The notes: generated by a model from the letters alone, not told the origin. Counted from the first letter of the stretch, positions 1-16,250 are shown. The stretch: 64,000 bases of DNA from Eledone cirrhosa (GCA_964016885.1 OZ024743.1:363940001-364004000); one strand, 5' to 3'. Numbers and translations are program-made.

Positions 1-655
1 GTATTAGTGTTTATCATATATTCATTTGTATATATATATATATATATTACTATATTTAGCTCTAGACTTAGCTATTGACCAGTTAATTTTATTGTTCATT
101 TTTTGTCGATTCTATTAAATGATGAATAGCCCCTGTTTATTTTAACATGTCTATTGAGCACTCTTATTCGATATGTGTTTTTGCCACATTTTTCCGAATA
201 TTTTTGCGGATATAAAGGTTATCTCCCTTGCTGAAATCCATGTGCGTATTTTTAGCCTGGGTCTTGTCTTTTCATCCATTCGGACGAAGCTCGTTGATGA
301 AGTAACTCCAGTCCCCCGATTGCCTGTAAGTCTTATATTTTTATATGAGCTGATAGATGACGGTTTAAGGATTTACAGAAACCCAAGAAGCTAGATATTC
401 CATCTCTCTAGTGGGTCCGGGTATGCATTTTACATTCATTTCATTTATTGATTTATTGATAATTTATCTGAGTGTCCCGAATCTTCCATATCGAACTTTT
501 CGGTTATTTGGTTGATTGTAGACATATTCTACGTGTGACGGTATTTTAACGATAGTTATAGCTCTAATTTATTTGAATTATAGAGCCCTCTGCCGCTCAT
601 CTCGAATTTTGTTTATCGTGAACTCGTGCGCCGATTTTTCGATACTCGATTATTC

Positions 656-727
<72 letters not shown>

Positions 728-916
728 CCTGTTAGTTTTTGGTCACTTTGGTATTGTGTGTTACGTTTTGCTTACCACAATGTTCAATTTGTCAACCTAT
801 TTAAACGTATGTTATTACTCTAAGGACCTACCCTTATTGAGTGCTTTGCTAACTCATTCATATTGTAGGTCGACTTTGCTTGCCCACAGCCAAAGATTCG
901 ATTTGACTAAGCTTCC

Positions 917-974
<58 letters not shown>

Positions 975-1016
975 TTCAAAATATTAATAAATGTAGACAT
1001 TTACTTAATCAAAATA

Positions 1017-1082
1017 TATTTTATTATATATATTTCGGAGGTACTGTGCTGTTTTTTCAGTACGTCCTCATCAGATAAAATA
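1017..1082 (-). ncRNA. Minimal type I hammerhead ribozyme
   Basis: Minus strand: TATTTTAT-CTGATGA-GGACGTACTG..CAGTACCTCC-GAAA-TATATA-TA|ATAAAATA. Stem I is 8 bp, stem II is paired and stem III is palindromic. Confidence 0.8.
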
Positions 1083-1540
1083 CATACATTGTTGTATAAC
1101 ATACCTCAACTGTGCTGATGGTCCAATTCCAGTCTTGCTTAAATTTTGGTTATATATATATATGTGTTCGGAAAAGATTGTTTAGTAAAAACAGGAGTAA
1201 GCAGGAGAAAGCTCTCAACAATCGTTGTTTTAGTTACGATGGAGAATTTTATAAAAATAACAAAATAAGATGCTGAGGTTACATATATCGTTTAATCATA
1301 ATAATTTTTTCTACGGTTCTCCATGCAATCGAGACGTCCTTCATGCATTTGCTGTTGATTATGAGTACGGTTTCCTCAAATGAAGATCGATATATTTGAC
1401 ATGTCGCTGGCAGGAAAACACACATCCTAATGCCTGTGCGCCCAGCATACATGAGAACGGTTTCCTCAGATGAAGATCGATATATTTGATATGTCGCTGG
1501 CAGGAAAACACACTTTCTTTGCTTGAACTTTAATCTGTTA

Positions 1541-1620
<80 letters not shown>

Positions 1621-1624
1621 AAAA

Positions 1625-1938
1625 CAAGATGGCGTAGGACAGAACAAAGGAGAGGCACAAAACCAAAGAAAAGAATCCCCAGTCACTGAAGAGGTCACAG
1701 AATGTGTGACAAAAGAACTTTGACAATATATGAACAACCGTCCGGTTGTGGAACCAACCAACCAGCTAACCGGAAATTTATAAATTCTTAAATTTATAAA
1801 TTTAATTTATAATAAAATGGAGTGAAAGCGACTGATGCGTGTGTTTCTTATTGACCCTCCTCCCAAAGCATAACAATATCGATTTCAACACACGTTTTCA
1901 GATAAAGAATCTTGCTAAACAAATTCAGAAACGAAATA
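1625..1938 (+). mobile_element. ~315 bp non-coding HHR-bearing repeat module (copy 1; HHR 1682-1724 with GAAA>AAAA)
   Basis: Closely similar to 34248-34560. Starts CAAGATGGCG and is flanked by microsatellites. Confidence 0.7.
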
Positions 1939-2127
1939 TATATATATATATAGATAATTTAATATATCTACTAACATAAGCGCACAGATGTACGCTAATG
2001 CCAGCAAATACACAGGTTATGTCATAGTACCTAGGTGGTTCAATGCAGGAGGATGCAGAACAATAATATAAAAGACGTAAAATAAGAAAATTAAAAAAAA
2101 ATTTTTTTTTTAAATTAACTTACTTAA

Positions 2128-2227
<100 letters not shown>

Positions 2228-2915
2228 GTGTGCGTGAATGTGCAGTTGTATATCCTGTGGTTTTCTTGTTTGCTGTGTTTGATTGGAGAATGTCAACTGT
2301 TTTTGTTTGTTTTTTACATGAGAGAACTACATAAAACAAAATATATAAAACAAAATATATGTGCTTACTGAATTACCTCCCCTAGATCTACCGTTACAAG
2401 AAATGCTGCTTATCCCCTTTACAAGAACACGAGACTGTGAAATGAGTGCACTTGGAGTGTTGTAATAGGAAGGGGTAATGTGACAGATAAACGTCCCTCT
2501 CAGTCAGTGATAGGATTGGGTCACACACTGTGGACATGTGTTAACCTTAAATTGTAAAGATAGTTGTCAAAGTATCGGCTGCTCTGATAGATTTGTGGTC
2601 GAGTCTGTGACACATTTCCTTGGTTTCAACCTACACAATTTGATAGATCGTCAATTACTCAGAGGTTTGTGTTATTCACTTTAAAATAATCTGATCAAAT
2701 AAAAACGGATCGACTCACTTGATAATCACCACTCAGCCTGCTAGATATAGCAACCGAAGGTTCTTCAAACGACAGCCTTACTCTTGTAAATAACAAAAAA
2801 AAAAAAGAACACATTCAATAATATAGTTCTAGATACGTGTTATCACGACTGAATGATTTTGATAATATATGCATGAGAATGACTGATCTGTGGCAAGACA
2901 ACAACAGCAGCAGCA

Positions 2916-2986
<71 letters not shown>

Positions 2987-3226
2987 TACTACTGCTACTG
3001 CCGTCGTCGCCACCACTACGATGATGTTGATAAGGAGCAAGGTGAGGAAAAAGAAGAGGGTTTAATAGATATATGGCGATAATGTTCTAAATATAACAGT
3101 GATAATAGACGCAACTAATTCAATAATGCAAGGGAGGTAATAAAGACAACGTTTTCTTGAGTTATGTACCTTTAGTTACTGTTATAGCTACCTCACTATT
3201 TAGGATTTCTTTTATTACATAGTCAA

Positions 3227-4946
3227 CACTTTTGCTGACTTAGGGTTCGTTGTTGATTTTAGCTAATTTTGATTTCAAATATGGCATCTATTTTTTCCTA
3301 ACACAGCAGGTTTTCATTCTATAGCATATCCTTATTTTATTATGAACTCTATGAATAATATAATTTACTTAGGATGGATTACTAAGTTTGAAACCATAAG
3401 TTATAATATCAATAGAATCTGATATGATAGATGAAATATAAGATAACATCACCTTTAACTAAATATATCTTGTTAATTCTCAGATAAAATGAATAATGCA
3501 CAATCAATCGTACACAAGCCAACATATTAATGGAACAGATTTTCACTTACGAGAGAGTACCTGGAGTGTTTCATGTCTACAGAGACTCTTTGAATACTCC
3601 AACAGTAGTCTGCCATCATATGTGTATTCCATTTACCTTGATATCTCTTCTCCATAACCTTGATATCTTGATGGAAGCGCTCGCCATGATCATTGTTCAC
3701 GTCTCCAAGATTAGCAGGAAATTTATCGAGCTAGCTCTTAAGGAAATGTATCTTTATGTTGTAGTTTGCAGCCGTTTTGCTGCCCCAAAATCCTTTCATA
3801 ACAGACACAAATGAATCTGACTTTCTTTTTTCTAGGTTTGGCATTTCATTTACTTTCTGATTTGTGTCCCGTCAAAATCACCAGCCTTTATTTTAACATA
3901 ACTTAGGCCAGGAAATGTATATATGAATTTGAAACAGTCACCGTCCACATTAGGAGATTTGACAAACTGCTTCATTAGTCCTAGTTTAATATGAAGGGAA
4001 GATGATTTTCTCTCGCTAAATAAGTGGTTGGTGTATGACATTCTTCTCCCTAACGTCAAACCTTTTCTAACTGGCCAGTGCTTCTGTTCCCAATGTTTGT
4101 CTTTCATTCGGCTATCCTATAAACACAGGAAACATGGATATTTTGTATACCCTCCTTGTTAACCAAGTAAAAAGTTGACCATTTTCAGATCCACACATAT
4201 GTCCTATTTGTGTTCATCATACTTGAGTAAATCTAATGCAGTTTTTATGTTTTCATGCTTCTCTTTTAAGTGCACAAAATGACCAATAGGAATTGCACCT
4301 AACAAGTTTCCATGATGGAGTAATACACATTTTAGACTCTTCTTTGAACTATAAAGAGTCTCCATTCACGAGGATCATACTGTAGAGCACCCATCGCTTT
4401 TAACAGTCCCGCCACGTCACAGCAGTAAACAAAATATTTTTCAGTTCCGATAAAAGTTACATTTGTTTCTTTCTGCAGCATATTATTCTCTTTAAGCCTA
4501 GAAGCTAACAGTTCTGATAACTCTTTTGACAGGCCTAAGTCTCTAACTAAATCATTCAGTTCTGCCTGGTTGAAGTTTTCATGTTCCTTGGTTGCTGTAA
4601 CTACAAACTCTTTGTCACTGTTAAGTTCATGATTTTCATCTGATACACATATATCACTTTTATCTTCCAGTGAAGGTAATTCTGTGTAAACGGGTAATGG
4701 TACTTCATCTGGATTTGCTGAATTGCTGAATCCAGATTTGGGTAACTTATTTTCTATCGAGTTTTCTTGCTATAACCAGAAGTCTTTGTGAAACAAAAGT
4801 AGCAATCTTCTGCATGGTTCTTTGGCTCCCATCATACCATAAAAAAACTAGACGTGACAGAAAAAAAGTATTGTCATTTTAAAACTTAGCGGCCCCACAT
4901 TACTCAAAAACTTAGCAGAAAAAAAGCAAAGTTTTGTTCACCAGTG
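3227..4946 (-). mobile_element. Chapaev3-type (CMC) DNA transposon, degenerate transposase
   Basis: Frameshifted translation gives FNQAELNDLVRDLGLSKE, GGYTKYPCFLC, LHIKLGLMKQFVK and GERFHQDIKVMEKRYQGKWNTHMMADYCW. Terminus CACTGGTGAACAAAA at 4946 (minus); left boundary approximate. Confidence 0.75.
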
Positions 4947-4959
4947 TTATAATTCAATT

Positions 4960-5180
4960 CTTGAGCCGCTACTTAAGATCACAACTCCGGTACTTTGGGC
5001 ACGAGGCTGGAATGTCTCAGGAAAGAAACGGTGGACAGATTTTAGAGGCAAAACCAACTGGCAGGAGACCCAGGGTTAAACCACAAGCAAGATGGTTGGA
5101 TAACATCCATGAGATCGGCTGGTCTCGCTTGGGGATCCAGTCGGATCTGTTGGAAACGGACACTTTTGACAGAAGAGAGA
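4960..5180 (+). mobile_element. RTE-clade LINE 3' fragment
   Basis: RSQLRYFGH...GRRPRVKPQARWLDNI is typical of the RTE C-terminus. Confidence 0.7.
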
Positions 5181-5282
5181 AAAGAATAGTAGGTGGATAG
5201 AATTATAGATAGATAGATAGATAGAAAGATAAAAAGGTATAGTGATAGATTCCTTCATTCATAGACACAGATACAGAGACAC

Positions 5283-5339
<57 letters not shown>

Positions 5340-5459
5340 GGAGAAAATATTGCCGGGAACAATTGCACTTCAGGTTTCATTACCCACATTCAAGTTTTAG
5401 TTAATTTTTATCAAAATATCAGGATTATTCCCTGCTTTCTTTTAACCATCATTTGTCAT

Positions 5460-5725
5460 CTTCTTCTTCGCCCACTTATTCCTGAGAGAGTCGTGGGGGC
5501 AGAGTCCTCAAACACTCCCTCCAACGGGTCCTGTCAGAAGTAACCGTCTCCAACTGATCCGACTAGATCCCCAAGCGTGACTAACTCATGGATGTTATCC
5601 AACCATCTTGCTCGGGTTCTACCCCTCGGTTTCCTACCTGTTGGTTTTGCCCGTAAAATCTGTCCAGCGATTCTTACCTGAGACATTCTAACCATATGCC
5701 CCTAGTATCGGAGCTGTGATCTCAT
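5460..5725 (-). mobile_element. RTE-clade LINE 3' end, inverted relative to 4960-5180
   Basis: Reverse-complement homology to 4960-5180, with a (GAA)n tail. The same 3' tip recurs at 15840-15897. Confidence 0.7.
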
Positions 5726-5978
5726 TTGTATTACACGGCTCAGAAATATCTCTTTCTTTGAGCTATTTAATTGTAAAAGACTTTTTGAGTTTATAACTCT
5801 TCATTCATAATATTCTTTTCCATCCAAACTGAAATCTACCTTCCTCTACCCATAATTTAAGGTTCTTCTACTACTATATTACTATCTTGACCCTCACTAT
5901 CTCTCTATTGGTCAATTCAAAACCTGTTCCCAAACAGACCTATTGTATTGAATCTTTGTTTTTTTCAATAAACAAATA

Positions 5979-6120
5979 TCATTATTTCTGAAGACAGCAT
6001 ATATATGTGTAGGTATGTATATTCCCTCTGATAGTTTGTATAAATATTGTACATAGATCTATAGAATATGCATACCAACTCTAACACATATATATCCTAG
6101 AAACGATCGTAAAATGATGA
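5979..6120 (+). ncRNA. Type I hammerhead ribozyme with ~105 nt stem II
   Basis: TCATTATTT-CTGAAGA-[ATATATATGTGT..GGTATGTATATTC..GAATATGCATACC..ACACATATATAT]-GAAA-CGATCG-TA|AAATGATGA. Stem I is 9 bp, including one G-U. Confidence 0.75.
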
Positions 6121-6170
6121 ATTTTTTTTACTATAAGGAACTGTTTCTTTGTTTATTCATTATTTTATTA

Positions 6171-6267
<97 letters not shown>

Positions 6268-6361
6268 AAATTAAAATTAAGGGTTGTCATTTCTGAGAGA
6301 CATGCGCCATATCCACTGTAGAATAAGCTCAAAGATTCCAATGAATAGATCTGAGCATTAC

Positions 6362-6753
<392 letters not shown>

Positions 6754-6984
6754 AGAGTATTGAGTTTGCTTGAAGCATTGTGGTATAATAAGATTTATTA
6801 TCTTTTAGTCGTTTTGGAAGCCTCAACAATGCAGATGGGTAATTCTCCGGGTAACAGGATCCGGTGGTGAAGAGAGAGATGTAAGGGAGTGTAGAATGAG
6901 ATGTATAGTGTGTAGAGGAACGTAGGAAAGAGCGTAAAAATAAAAATAATAACACGAGATGTAAGGGAATGTAGAATGAGATGT

Positions 6985-8738
<1,754 letters not shown>

Positions 8739-8750
8739 TTATATATATTT

Positions 8751-8820
8751 TTATTAAAATAACAGATTAAAGTTTAAGCAAAGAATTCTTTGCTTAAATT
8801 TTAATCTGTTATTTTAATAA
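8751..8820. repeat. 70 bp spacerless palindrome
   Basis: TTATTAAAATAACAGATTAAAGTTTAAGCAAAGAA|TTCTTTGCTTAAATTTTAATCTGTTATTTTAATAA, one mismatch. Confidence 0.9.
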
Positions 8821-9068
8821 ATATTTGCTCTAGGGTTCTTATATATTTGATATATATTTATCCTTATCGAACCCTCTTGGGATTTTAGTCTTCCCATTTA
8901 TTATTATTACTATAAATATATATATATATATATATATGTTTATGGGGGAAACGGGTTGAGCTCTGCTGTCGGCGTCTTAAACATTTTCCTATCACCCACT
9001 CTACTACCCTAAGTATTGAGTACTCTAGTGCGTTATGGTCCATCTGGTTCCTTACCACACTCCCTTCG

Positions 9069-9106
<38 letters not shown>

Positions 9107-9374
9107 TGGGGGGGACAAGTTATCGTTTTAGGTAATCCAGTTAGAAGTTGTGAGTACTCTGAACTATAACTTCAACTACCACCACCACTACTACTATCAG
9201 TAACCGTATTTTTTACTTATTTTTACTTATTTTTTATATCTTTTTCATTTTCATTTTTACTTCTTTATACTTTTTTTTATTATTCTTTTATTATCTTTTA
9301 TTATTGGTGTTATTATTTTCATTCACTTGTTTCTACGATGTATCTATAAATACCAGTGCCATGTGTTACACCCT

Positions 9375-9491
9375 GCAGTATTCCGATGATTTGATCAGAG
9401 ATGCACACTGTATTTAAGGTCGAGTGACGCAACGTCGAGTGATCAGCGGCCTTTAGACTCACCTGATCAATGAAACAATTGTTAACACTGT
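9375..9491 (+). ncRNA. Hammerhead-like motif with long stem II (core CCGATGA)
   Basis: CAGTATT-CCGATGA-T-TTGATCAG..CTGATCAA-T-GAAA-CAATTG-TT|AACACTG. TATAAA lies ~30 nt upstream and AATAAA just downstream. Confidence 0.6.
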
Positions 9492-9563
9492 AAATAAAAC
9501 GCTTTTTGTACAGCCGACCATGTTATTCTTCATTCTTTCACTATATATATATATGTGTGTGTG

Positions 9564-9669
<106 letters not shown>

Positions 9670-9984
9670 GTGAGTGCGTGCGTGCGTGTGTGTGAGAGTG
9701 TGAGTGCGTGTGTGTGTGTGCCATTGTCTTGTGTTCCCCCTTCAATAGGTATGTTTACTTCTTTTTATTTCCTTTTTTCTTCTCCCTCTTTTTCTTTCTT
9801 TCTCTCTCTCTCTCTATTCGGTGTCACATCTTCCCCCTGATGACTTTTTGATAGCTAAAAGGCTATGAGCGCGCTATGGATAGATGTTCCGTTTATAATG
9901 TACCGAAATATACATGATCCGTAATAAACAGCTGACGAAGGGAAACTGTCCGTCCATCTCTTGTTTCTGTCGCGTTACCTTCTA

Positions 9985-10903
<919 letters not shown>

Positions 10904-11047
10904 TGTGTGTGCGCGCGCGTGTGTGTGTGTGAGTATGTTTTGAAACAGTGAGCGAGTTTGAAATTAGAAATATAAGCTTTCACCGTATTTTTTACTAAAG
11001 AAATATTTTAGCCTGATAGTGGGGTTTAGAACCCTCAGAGAAATGGA

Positions 11048-11091
11048 AAAAGATGAGTATTGACGTACCTTTACGTCAATACTCATCTTTT
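11048..11091. repeat. Perfect 20 bp hairpin, 4 nt loop
   Basis: AAAAGATGAGTATTGACGTA-CCTT-TACGTCAATACTCATCTTTT. Confidence 0.9.
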
Positions 11092-11359
11092 CGTCGTTAG
11101 TTGATTCCAGAAGTCAAAACTTAAGTAAAAAAACGACGTATGTCGAAGTAACCCCTTCCATAGAAACTACTAATAGGCATTCCCCAGTGCTGTATTTTAG
11201 CATACATACACTATACACTATTTATGTATTTTAAACAAGACAGATTTAGTAATAGAAACTATTGTATATTTACCAAGAAATAAAATTTATTTTTGCAATA
11301 AGAAAAATCACCATAATTTCGAAAATGACGAAACCCGAAACGTCGTTAACCGATATATG

Positions 11360-11466
<107 letters not shown>

Positions 11467-11749
11467 GTGTGTGTGTGTGTTCACTATTATTCTATCTAAT
11501 TAAGGTAGGATCACGCTGTTAGAACTCAGGTGAAATCTGTTTCTGTGGAAGAATGGTATCTTATACATTACAATAACTGTCTAATTAGCTGTGCAGCGTA
11601 TGCAGGTATACATAGGAGCAATTGCTAACTCTTTTAGAAAACGATTTTACTCGGACTCACACTCCTTCAAATATAACAAACTTGCAAATACAACTTCATT
11701 AGCCGATTCATTTAACCGGTGCAAATTTAGAAATATCATTTATAACTGG

Positions 11750-12215
11750 AAATGAAGCAACTGATGAAGAGCCAAATCCAATCAGAGAAAACGTGATTTT
11801 CTGCTAGCATGTTTAGGGAGCATATTGATATTATACGCATATATATAAGCATGCTGACTGGCCTATCTGCTGATATGCAAATCTGGCTGATCAGTGGGTC
11901 TGCTAATATGCAATATGACTGATCAGCCAGTCTGGTAATATGCAAATCAGGCCGATCAGTCACTGTATATTTCAGAAAATATCATATATTTTCACTAGCT
12001 CTTCTGACAGTTGGCAGGTAAGCAGTAAGCTGCACTGATGAAGAGTAGAGTAATCACCCAGAAACATTAGTGTCTACAGTTCTGTTTGCATGCCAACACA
12101 AGAGCGAGAATGAGGGGCTCATTCTACTGACATGGCTTATAAAAGAGGTTGTTTGCATAATTGCAAACGAATCAAATATTATTATTAATATTCGAAAAAC
12201 TCAGATTACATTCAT
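11750..12215 (+). mobile_element. HHR-bearing repeat with 33 bp internal minisatellite (copy 1; HHR 12028-12081)
   Basis: Homologous to 31340-31861. AGCTGCA-CTGATGA..GAAA-CATTAGT-GTC|TACAGTT; stem II poorly paired. Confidence 0.7.
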
Positions 12216-12364
12216 ATGCATGTAGTTATGATAAAAAGGTTAAAGATCCCATAAATCCTCGCGGAGTCGTAGAGGCGCCATAATACGACGTGTCGAGGGA
12301 ATTTTTAAACCTGGCAGAGCGCAACCTTCTCTAGGTCTGAACACAGCCGATTTTTTCTATAACA

Positions 12365-12890
12365 GAAGGATCGACCCCAGCACTGGACTGGTACTCTTTT
12401 ATCGATCTCGAAATGATGAAAGGCAAAGTGAGCACGGAGCGCGCAATGAGGTGGTACGACTACCGTACAGCATTCTATCTGTTCTTAACGACTCTGCTAG
12501 ATATGATACGCCAAATAAAATCATAATTGATAATATGCACAGAAATTGAAGAGACAGCGTTACACTCTCTTCTGTAATCAATAAAGTAATCCATGATAGA
12601 TTTTAAAAAGACAATATTATATATAAACTGCATTACGGCAAAATGTTATGAAAACGAAAAAGGAGAAAATTAGCGACGGAAATATAAGTGACGTGATATA
12701 GCGTACAGCTAAGTGTTATGATATAACTGTTTCTACTTTTGGCACAAGGCCAGCAATTATATCAGTGCATTACTGGTGATTTATTTTATCGATCCCGCAA
12801 GGATGAAAGGCAAAGGTAACCTCGACGGGATATGATCTCAGCCCGTAAAGCATGGCGTGCGACCCTCTACCGATACTGTCAATCCGTGTT
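12365..12890 (-). mobile_element. Two degenerate tRNA-SINE copies (~12365-12500, ~12725-12890)
   Basis: Reverse-complement matches to the SINE at 62580-62805. Confidence 0.7.
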
Positions 12891-13619
12891 GACATTTGAA
12901 AATGTTAAAGAAGTAAATCTTAAAAAAAGCAATCATTATATATAGGAATATTTATGTTTAATCAAGAGCTACAAAATTTGGTAGATAAATTACATAATAT
13001 TCATTCATGATTTTTTCAATGACGTGTTCAGAAAAAATATCCCTGACAGAGTCTCACATACCTTCAATCATTATATATAAGATACACAAACATACACACA
13101 TACACATACACACATACACACACACATATACACACACTCACACACTCACTCGCACACACTCACTCACACACACACTCACACACTCACTCACACACACACA
13201 CATACACACACACACATTCACACACAACACACACACATATATTTATATATATATATATGTGTATGTATATATATGTATATATATAGAGAGAGAGAGAGAG
13301 GGGGGTTAATATATACTTATATGTGTGTGAGTGTGTGTCACATATACTTATGATTAATTTGTATTATTCTATATGCTAATATATTTAAAATAGAAAAATA
13401 CATCGGATTAAGTAATCCTACATAGATTATGATGTATCCAAATGGTATCAAATTAACGGATTGTCGCTGCTGGACTACCTCTGATAGTAATATTAAGTAT
13501 TTGGAAATACGACTTGCTTATAATCATTTCAGGAAAGTTATTGTAATTTGAATAATTGTATATTTCGATAATTGTTCCTCTGCGCATTTATATAAGATTC
13601 ATCGCTCATTTGAAAATAC

Positions 13620-14356
13620 ATCATCACCATCATCACTCGTCGACTACTGTCGAGATGATGGATCTCACTCTCATACCCCAGAATCCCCTGTCCCCCATCG
13701 CTTCCCCCAGGTCCTGTCTGCTGATTCCCGTATCCCTAGAGATAACGTCAGGGAATGACAGCTTCCTACACCTAGTCAGGCTGGAGCCAGGGTTCCAGAG
13801 CAAGAGAGCGGATATGATTTCATTGCTGGCACGGTGACAGTGGCCAGCAAATTGAGCTCTCCGGGATTTTAGAAGAGCAGAGGCTCGAGGGAGTTTGCCA
13901 TAGATTTTAGACAAGGTGGGATGTCGTTTCCAGGATAGGTTTTGCACTCTCATTAAGAGGCAGGTATATGTGCCATCCAATCTCCTCTCAAGTTGTGATG
14001 TTAGTGTCCAAGTTTCGGATCCATAAAGTAATATGGGCTTAATGGTTGCTTGGAATATTTCCAGTTTTAGCTTGTTGGTAAGTTGAGATGTCCATATGGC
14101 GTGCATGTCATTGCACGCTGACGATGCCATACCCTTCCTGGTTAGAAAATCTTTTTGGAGGAGGAGATATATGAGCCAAGATACTTGTAATCTTCCACCT
14201 GCTTAAGGGTGGTACCATTAAGGGTTCTGATGGGGTAGTTTGGGCTGTTTGCGCATCTGTTCACACACTCAGTCTTGGATTCGTTGAGGTACAGTCCAAC
14301 ACAGTTGGACGCTTGCTCTAATGACTTCAAAAGACTCTCACCATTTTCCAGTGACC
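13620..14356 (-). mobile_element. RTE/RTEX-type LINE, RT 3' half
   Basis: VGLYLNESKT, QVEDYKYLGSYI, ILLYGSETWTLT and RAQFAGHC, followed by a (TGA)n tail. Confidence 0.8.
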
Positions 14357-14843
14357 GACTGATCAATGCGAAATACATAGAATTAACGAATGTAAATAAA
14401 AACATTTTAATATATGGCCCATGGATAAACAAAGTGGTCGATATCGGTCCCCAGGGAGCCGGTAGTCTGAAAGTGAAGACTGCAAATTGGTAGAGTCGTT
14501 AGAACTCTTAATAAAATGCCTTACGGTTTTTGTTATTGATCTCTGCGCTCTTGGTTCAAATCACCCTGAAATCACTTTCGTCTGTCACTTTTTGAGGTTG
14601 ATATATGAAGCATCAATTAAGGGCTGTATATTGGCCGAATATATATACATACATATATCTTTTATAATTGTTTCTACTTTTGGCACAAGGCCAGCAAATA
14701 GCCAGTGTATTACTGGTACTTTATTTTATCGACCCCGTAAGGATGAAAGGCAAATAATCCAAGATAACGTGGTAACCACTTCGTGATGGATTTGTTTGGG
14801 AAGTGGTACATTGAGTATGTATGTGCTGTGATATCATTCTCCC

Positions 14844-14881
<38 letters not shown>

Positions 14882-14959
14882 CTGACAAGACATATCCACC
14901 ATTTGGCCAGTGGTGCGGCAACAGGCATCTATAGCTCTCTACCAATAGGTATGCGCGCA

Positions 14960-15084
<125 letters not shown>

Positions 15085-15122
15085 TGTACAGACACAGATA
15101 GATATCCTTCTCAGATAGATAG

Positions 15123-15680
15123 ATTTCTTTATTTGCCACAAGGGCGCACAAAAAAAGGGGACAATACAAGGACACATGCCGGGGATTTTACATATAGTCG
15201 TGTAAAAATATTTTTTAACAAACAAATTCAACAATCGAAATTCCCAATAGGGGGTGGGGGGGGGGGGGGGGGGGGCGTTACAAATGGGTTGTTTTATACC
15301 CCGTAGATAGAACAACCCTCAACTCCAGGAGCGTGTTGTGCAAGTGCTCCTTTCTTCCTTTTGCTTTCTTCTTGAGCTTACAGGTTTATAAACAGAGAAG
15401 GCCCAATCACTCGGGCCATTTTTTGCTATATTCCCCCACCTTTCAGTAAATTTACTGGGGTGCAGTACCTCTTTCTCCACTTTGATTCTCCTTCTAAAGT
15501 GGTATCTAAAGAAGGGAATGAGTTGTTGTCCGGAGAGAAAGGCATTTGTCCTCAGTCCTCTCAATCTTGTCCACCATAAACCTCTTTTACCATAGCCACT
15601 GTACAGATGAAAACCGCCTCTCTTTCGTTTTTGAAAGAGGCTGGTGGTTTGATCCTTACTATGGACTCGGCAGTCAACTG
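15123..15680 (-). mobile_element. Tx1/L1-clade LINE 3' fragment
   Basis: WWTRLRGLRTNAFLSGQQLIPFFRYH matches the 3' ends at 48.9 and 54.4 kb. AATAAA-containing tip. Confidence 0.8.
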
Positions 15681-16185
15681 GATTATAGGCAGATAGGTAG
15701 ATATATATATATATATACATATAAATATATTTACATATACATACATAGATCTGTAATACACGTATTTGCATACATATGTATATGTAAATATATACATATA
15801 ACTAATATAGTACCCTTCAAAAACGGAGTTTATCTTATTTTCTTCGCCCACCTATTCCTGAGAGGATCGTGAGGGCAGAGTCCTCAAACACTCCCTTCCT
15901 TGATCTTCTTCTTATACCTCTCATAGCTCCGATCATCGGCGTATTTTACATTCATTTAAATCAATTACGATTTTCTTACATATTTTTATGAATCATTATC
16001 AAACATGGGTAATTGCTGGCCTTGTGCCTAAAGTAGAAACAATTATCAAACATATATCCACTTAATTACGATGACTTTGTTCTGGCTATGCCTTACCCTC
16101 TTTCATTCGGCTACTATTTGGATTCGTGTATTATAGTTGTTGCTGTTGTCAGAAGTTAGATAGATAGCTATGGGTAGACATGCAA

Positions 16186-16250
<65 letters not shown>

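Noticed and set aside
173-560. 73 aa ORF or old element remnant
   Set aside because: No motif recognised in the frames I read.
9826-9950. Hammerheads at CTGATGA 9838 and CTGACGA 9932
   Set aside because: The first has GA instead of GAAA and a weak stem I; the second has no stem II. Treated as remnants only.
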